DNA from: a bacterium
Lineage (GTDB): Bacteria > Krumholzibacteriota > Krumholzibacteriia > LZORAL124-64-63
Assembly (NCBI GenBank): GCA_018814885.1
Contig: JAHIYU010000026.1
Span: forward strand, 30,079 to 94,078
Direction of reading: 5' to 3'
DNA length: 64,000 nucleotides
Part shown: in pieces, positions 58,513-64,000 of the stretch
Position numbering within the stretch: the stretch's first letter is position 1
How the letters are laid out: the number at the start of each line of letters is the position of its first letter
Program-made: the position numbers and the translations under genes
Notes under the pieces: generated by a model
What the model saw: the letters and a program-made list of their open reading frames with translations, nothing else
Told to the model about the DNA's origin: nothing
Database searches by the model: none

Positions 58513-58993
58513 AAATCCTCCGGGACGCGCTCTGAAGAAGCACCAGTGCTTCCGGCAGGGCACCGGCGACCATCAGGATCGCCCAGCCTCCGGAAAGTGC
58601 ATCGGTCGCCAGACCGACGGCCGTCAGGACGGTTATCAATCCGCCCACGGCTCGAGTGCCCCTCGCACGGACGAAGGCGGGCAAGGCCTCCTCGTCCAGG
58701 ATGACCGGCATGCGTTCGCGTCGAAGGGGTTCCATGGCCCGATAGGCCGCATAGGGCACCGACTCCAGGATGCGCGCGTCGAAATCCTCCGGCGGCTGCA
58801 CGGGCGGCAAGCCGCCCAGCAGGCCGTTGAGACGCTGCATCTCCTCTAGGTCCTTGCCGCAGCTGTCGCATTCGCGGATGTGCAGGAACAGCGACATCGA
58901 TTCCTTGCGCGGCAAGTCGCCGTCCAGGTAGTCCTGCAGGCGGGTGCGTATCTCGGTACAGCTCGGTGCGTTCATCGACTTCGTCTCTTTCAT
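58478..58993 (-). CDS. Zinc-finger (zf-HC2) anti-sigma factor
   Basis: C..IRTRLQDYLDG..HIRECDSC motif and a C-terminal TM, directly after the ECF sigma. Confidence 0.85.
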   Translation of the reverse strand: MKETKSMNAPSCTEIRTRLQDYLDGDLPRKESMSLFLHIRECDSCGKDLEEMQRLNGLLGGLPPVQPPEDFDARILESVPYAAYRAMEPLRRERMPVILDEEALPAFVRARGTRAVGGLITVLTAVGLATDALSGGWAILMVAGALPEALVLLQSASRRIYAGVMHHPSTR

Positions 58994-59110
58994 GTTGCTT
59001 TCCCTCCAGGGTCTCCTTCCCTCGGAACGGAGGCAGGACGGGTCGGGTCCTCTAACGGGTGGCGCCGGTCATGCCGACGGCGCCATGCTGACCACCCCTT
59101 CCCGCTTCCC

Positions 59111-59136
59111 TACGAGCGCTGCGACCGGAGGTTGCA
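59111..59136 (-). promoter_or_regulatory. ECF (SigW/SigM-like) promoter between sigma and anti-sigma
   Basis: Minus strand TGCAAC-N16-CGTA in the 170-nt intergenic gap. Confidence 0.55.
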
Positions 59137-59163
59137 CGTCGTTTCGACCTTTTTCGTCCTGGA

Positions 59164-59745
59164 TCATATCTCATATGATCGGACTTTCAACATCTGCTGT
59201 ACCATGGCCCTGGCACGATGGATACGGGCCTTGACCGTTCCCAGCGGCAGATCAAGCACGGTCGCGATTTCCTCGTAGGAGAACTCCTGGTCGTGTCGCA
59301 GCAGGATGATCGCCTTGTAATGGGGAGGCAGGTCCGCGATGACTTCTTCCAGCTTGTCCATGGCCTGACGTTGCTCCAGCACGCGATCGGGCTGGGCCGC
59401 CTTGTCGGGCACCGGGATCTCGACCTCGTCGCCATCGGGCGAGGTATATCCTTCCAGGGACAGGAAACGCAGGCGGTTGCGCCTGAGGTGGTCTATGCAG
59501 TGGTTCGTGGCGATGCGGAAGATCCAACTCGAAAAGGCGAAGCTCTCGTCGTACCTGTCCAGCAGCGAGAACACCTTGATGAACACTTCCTGGGCCAGAT
59601 CGCGGGCGTCCTCGGCACTCCGGGTCATGCGATAACACAGGCCGTAGATGGCGCTCCGGTAACGGGTCAGAAGCTCCTGGAACGCCCCCTCTTCACCGCG
59701 TTTGCAGCGTTTGATGAGTTTCAGGTCCTGCTTGCGGTCGAACAT
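59164..59745 (-). CDS. ECF sigma factor (SigW/RpoE-like)
   Basis: DARDLAQEVFIKVF, FSSWIFRIATNHCIDHLRR, SYEEIATVLDLPLGTVKARIHRAR. Confidence 0.94.
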   Translation of the reverse strand: MFDRKQDLKLIKRCKRGEEGAFQELLTRYRSAIYGLCYRMTRSAEDARDLAQEVFIKVFSLLDRYDESFAFSSWIFRIATNHCIDHLRRNRLRFLSLEGYTSPDGDEVEIPVPDKAAQPDRVLEQRQAMDKLEEVIADLPPHYKAIILLRHDQEFSYEEIATVLDLPLGTVKARIHRARAMVQQMLKVRSYEI

Positions 59746-59844
59746 CGGATCCTCTCCGGGCGACGGCCGGGATCAAGCTGTCATCCAGTCGTCGGTTCCG
59801 GCGAAGATAGGCTCGCGACACGCTGCCGGTCAACAAACGTCCTG

Positions 59845-61605
59845 TCAACGCACGAGCGTGGCCGGGCGCGAGTAGCGCAAGCCGGCGACCTCGAGCGTAA
59901 AGTGGTACACACCCGACGGTAACATCCTGCCGCGAGAATCGCGGCCGTCCCATCTCACACGGGTGAGTCCGGCAGGACACATCTCCCCGTCCAGCAACCG
60001 GCGCACTTCGCGGCCGCGCGCGTCGGCGACGGTCAACCGTGCCGGCGCCGGATCGCGCAGTTCGAAGGAGAAGGTCGTCGACGGATTGAAGGGGTTGGGC
60101 CGGTTGGGCAGCAGACGGGCCGCGGCGGGAGGTCCGGACACGTCCGTGGTCTGCCGGAGGATGGGAAACCCGTACCAGTGCCCTGGGGCCGTACGGGGCA
60201 TCCCCTCGCTGCGCCCCGCCAGATCGGCCGCCAGGACGTAATATTCCACGGTCGTGTCGAACAGGGGCGCGGGTATGACACCCTTGTAGAGGTCATCGCC
60301 GAGGGCGGTCATCTCCACCGTGGTCCAGCCCTCGCCCGCGAAGCGGTAGACCAGACGCACGAAGTCGAGGCCGGCCTCGCTGCGATCGTCGACGAAGGAG
60401 GTTACGGCCACCGGTCCTTCCGACGCCTCGCGTATCGGCACGTGGCCAACCCGCAGCATTCCCCGATCGTAGACGCCCTTGGCACGACAGTGGAGGGCGT
60501 CGTCGGACAGGAAGCCGCTGTAGTAGTACCCCTCGACCTGGTAGCCCGGCGCCGCCGCCTGGTAGGCGGCGATGGCGGCCTGGTCGTACGCCGCATTCCC
60601 GAAGAACGGCACGTAGATCCTGTCGTTGAGGAAGAGGCTGTTGGTATACGAGGCGGGATCGCCACCGCCTATGTCGTAGCAGTAGACGCGGGACACCTGG
60701 TAATTGCGCCCGGTCGAAGCCGTCAGCGACGCCAGCAGGACGGCCCGTTGCTCCAGCTCGTCGTAGGTGTGGTGCGCTGCCCAGACCTCCTTGAGCAGGA
60801 TCGTCTCCTCGTCCAGAAATTTGGCCCAGGTGTCGATGTGATGGATCCCGCCGGATTCGATGTATTCGAGCGTGTAGTACGTCGAGATGCCGTAGTAGTC
60901 CGACATGAGTTGGTCGACCTCGGCTGCGGACATGCCGTTTTCCGACCAGGCCTCGTCGATCACCAGATCGGTGGACATGCCCACGCCGGCGCCGTCGGTC
61001 ATGTAGTTGCCGCCGGTGTGGTACATGTCGTGACTGATGACCGGCAGCCCTTGCTGCTGGGCGAAGTAGATCGGGATGAGATTGTCGTTCGGGCGCCACG
61101 GTCGGTTGTAGGTGTGGTCGATGATCGTCAAGGTGCCGGTGCCGTCGAAGACATACCAGGGGCCGTAGTCGCGGGTCCAGATCGAGTCGTTTGCCCGGAC
61201 CAGGAACTCGACCCTGGCCATGTCCACACCGTTGGCGGCGAGGTTGCTCTGCGCGGCGGACTGGTAGCCGCTGGAGACCACCACATGCAGCGTGACGTCG
61301 TCGTCCAGGTCGGTGAGCAGGTCGTAGGGCAGGCCCAGCGGATAGCGGATCAGCACGCCGGTGGCCGGTTCCCATTCGGCGACGTTGCGCACGGGCGCCA
61401 CGGGTGGCGCGTCGGCCTTGGCGCCTCGGGTCGGCATGAGGTGCTCCCGACCGCGCCAGAATTCGCGCTCGGCCGCCGTCTCGTCTCGGGGCAGAAGATC
61501 TTCGAGATCATCCACGTCGCGTTGCGGCACGGGGCCGGGCGCCGCCAGAACGCCGACGGCGAGCAGCGATGACAGACAAAGCACTGACAGACAGCGGCTG
61601 AGCAT
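59845..61605 (-). CDS. Secreted agmatine/peptidylarginine deiminase family protein with FlgD/T9SS-like CTD
   Basis: Signal peptide, AEWEP, WTRDYGP, GGNYMTDG, HHID, YTNSL, LHC, then PNRPNPFNPSTT..WDGRD..PSGVY. Confidence 0.87.
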   Translation of the reverse strand: MLSRCLSVLCLSSLLAVGVLAAPGPVPQRDVDDLEDLLPRDETAAEREFWRGREHLMPTRGAKADAPPVAPVRNVAEWEPATGVLIRYPLGLPYDLLTDLDDDVTLHVVVSSGYQSAAQSNLAANGVDMARVEFLVRANDSIWTRDYGPWYVFDGTGTLTIIDHTYNRPWRPNDNLIPIYFAQQQGLPVISHDMYHTGGNYMTDGAGVGMSTDLVIDEAWSENGMSAAEVDQLMSDYYGISTYYTLEYIESGGIHHIDTWAKFLDEETILLKEVWAAHHTYDELEQRAVLLASLTASTGRNYQVSRVYCYDIGGGDPASYTNSLFLNDRIYVPFFGNAAYDQAAIAAYQAAAPGYQVEGYYYSGFLSDDALHCRAKGVYDRGMLRVGHVPIREASEGPVAVTSFVDDRSEAGLDFVRLVYRFAGEGWTTVEMTALGDDLYKGVIPAPLFDTTVEYYVLAADLAGRSEGMPRTAPGHWYGFPILRQTTDVSGPPAAARLLPNRPNPFNPSTTFSFELRDPAPARLTVADARGREVRRLLDGEMCPAGLTRVRWDGRDSRGRMLPSGVYHFTLEVAGLRYSRPATLVR

Positions 61606-61664
61606 GGGACGGTCCCTTTCGTGTGCCGTAAAAAGTCGCGGGGCGGGGTTGAACTGCTTCGCTG

Positions 61665-61693
61665 ATTATAGCACATGACCCCTGCGGGCGTAA
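61665..61693 (-). promoter_or_regulatory. Putative sigma70 promoter for the deiminase gene
   Basis: Minus strand TTACGC-N17 with TG-C-TATAAT extended -10. Confidence 0.5.
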
Positions 61694-63064
<1,371 letters not shown>

Positions 63065-63115
63065 CCACTGCGGGACGCCGCACCCGGCACGACCATGGGA
63101 TTCAGGGAGGAACTC

Positions 63116-63514
63116 ATGGCACCCGACCATCGCAAGAGACGGAACACCTCGACGGCCGGCCCTTACCTGCGGGGCGGCCCGCCGGCGCGCCGGCGGATTC
63201 GCAGACCCGTGCTCTGGCTCGGCGGCGCCGCGGTGGTCGTGTTGTTGGTGGTGGCCCTGCTGGGTGAAAACGGCATGCGAACGTATCTCGGGCTGCGCGC
63301 CGAACGGGTCCGGCTCGAGGAGGACGTGCAGAGGCTGCGCACGCAGCGCGAGGACCTCGAAGCGGGACTGACCGCACTCGACGAGCAGACCGGCGATCCC
63401 GAGGCGCTGGAGCGCGTGGCCCGCGAGCGCTACCGCATGCGCAAGCCCGGCGAGACCGTCATCGAGGTGGTCGGCGAGGATGAGCTGACCACCGAAACCG
63501 CACACGACGAATGA
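63116..63514 (+). CDS. ftsB: Septum formation initiator FtsB/DivIC family protein
   Basis: TM helix, GENG, coiled coil, ERVARERYRMRKPGE; classic position after eno; SD GGAGG. Confidence 0.82.
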   Translation: MAPDHRKRRNTSTAGPYLRGGPPARRRIRRPVLWLGGAAVVVLLVVALLGENGMRTYLGLRAERVRLEEDVQRLRTQREDLEAGLTALDEQTGDPEALERVARERYRMRKPGETVIEVVGEDELTTETAHDE

Positions 63515-63532
63515 ACCTCCCATGCCACCAAC

Positions 63533-63562
63533 TTGACAGGCGGCGGCTCCGCCTCTTATATT
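63533..63562 (+). promoter_or_regulatory. Putative sigma70 promoter for the tRNA
   Basis: TTGACA-N18-TATATT about 40 nt upstream of the tRNA. Confidence 0.6.
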
Positions 63563-63602
63563 GGCCCCCGCTTCCTCAGGGGAGCGACATATCAGACACG
63601 GT

Positions 63603-63679
<77 letters not shown>

Positions 63680-63686
63680 AATAGAA

Positions 63687-63716
63687 ACGACCCCCGGTCG
63701 CGAGACCGGGGGTCGT
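63687..63716. terminator. Strong hairpin terminator after the tRNA, probably bidirectional
   Basis: ACGACCCCCGGTC-GCGA-GACCGGGGGTCGT, perfect 13-bp stem between convergent units. Confidence 0.75.
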
Positions 63717-63794
63717 CTTGTCGAGGGACAGGTCGGGCCCGTACCGCGGCATGTATAGTGGAGAGTGCCGCCCGTATCATCCAGGCCGGGCACA

Positions 63795-64000
63795 TCATCC
63801 GGAGAACCTGAAGAAAGCCAGGCTGAGCGCGCCGAGCAGGGCTATGCCACCCAGGGTGATGACCCCGCCGATCAGGATCATCTTCATGCGCGCTCTCTCG
63901 CGGGCGTCGTGCAGCATCCGCAACTCGGCGTCCGGCGAGAGACGATAGGCCGGCATCGCACCGGTCAACCGATCGCTCTCCCGCAGCCGCGCGGCGAAAT
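63795..64000 (-). CDS. C-terminal fragment of a membrane-anchored protein (5' end off the right edge)
   Basis: Open frame ..RERARMKMILIGGVITLGGIALLGALSLAFFRFSG* ending at TGA 63795. Confidence 0.55.
   Translation of the reverse strand, partial: FAARLRESDRLTGAMPAYRLSPDAELRMLHDARERARMKMILIGGVITLGGIALLGALSLAFFRFSG

Overview
GC-rich bacterial chromosome segment, probably from an FCB-group lineage outside Bacteroidota such as Krumholzibacteriota or Latescibacterota. This is inferred from a PorV-like barrel, FlgD/T9SS-like C-terminal domains, the Bat operon and a short RpoD-type sigma factor. Most of the window is core or envelope genes: phoH-aspS-hisS, a YbbR protein, amidase, M23 peptidase, sigma factor, degP, lpxH, rlmN, an Rrf2 regulator, fadD, a CDF transporter, M28 peptidase, cca, rfbB, tdk, queD, moxR-DUF58-batABCDE, a porin, an ECF sigma/anti-sigma pair, a secreted deiminase, eno-ftsB and tRNA-fMet. 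No CRISPR array or mobile element was seen. The most unusual part is 15.8-23.1 kb. A near-consensus sigma70 promoter drives a 109-aa secreted acidic protein and a ~1030-aa TPR-GAF-sigma54 AAA+-HTH activator with no receiver domain. Directly downstream are two correctly spaced sigma54 promoters. One points into an ORF-less, GGA-rich, structured ~330-nt region (candidate sRNA). The other points into a lipoprotein plus DUF4384/CxxCH operon. Together these resemble an undescribed peptide-sensing (RRNPP-like) sigma54 signalling circuit; this is inference. Other points are a C9-tract frameshift and lost zinc ligands in an M6-like secreted protein upstream of porV, a 39-aa membrane ORF missed by the ORF track, an ECF promoter between sigma and anti-sigma, and an Rrf2-type operator. 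Gene starts and motifs were read by eye and no database searches were run.
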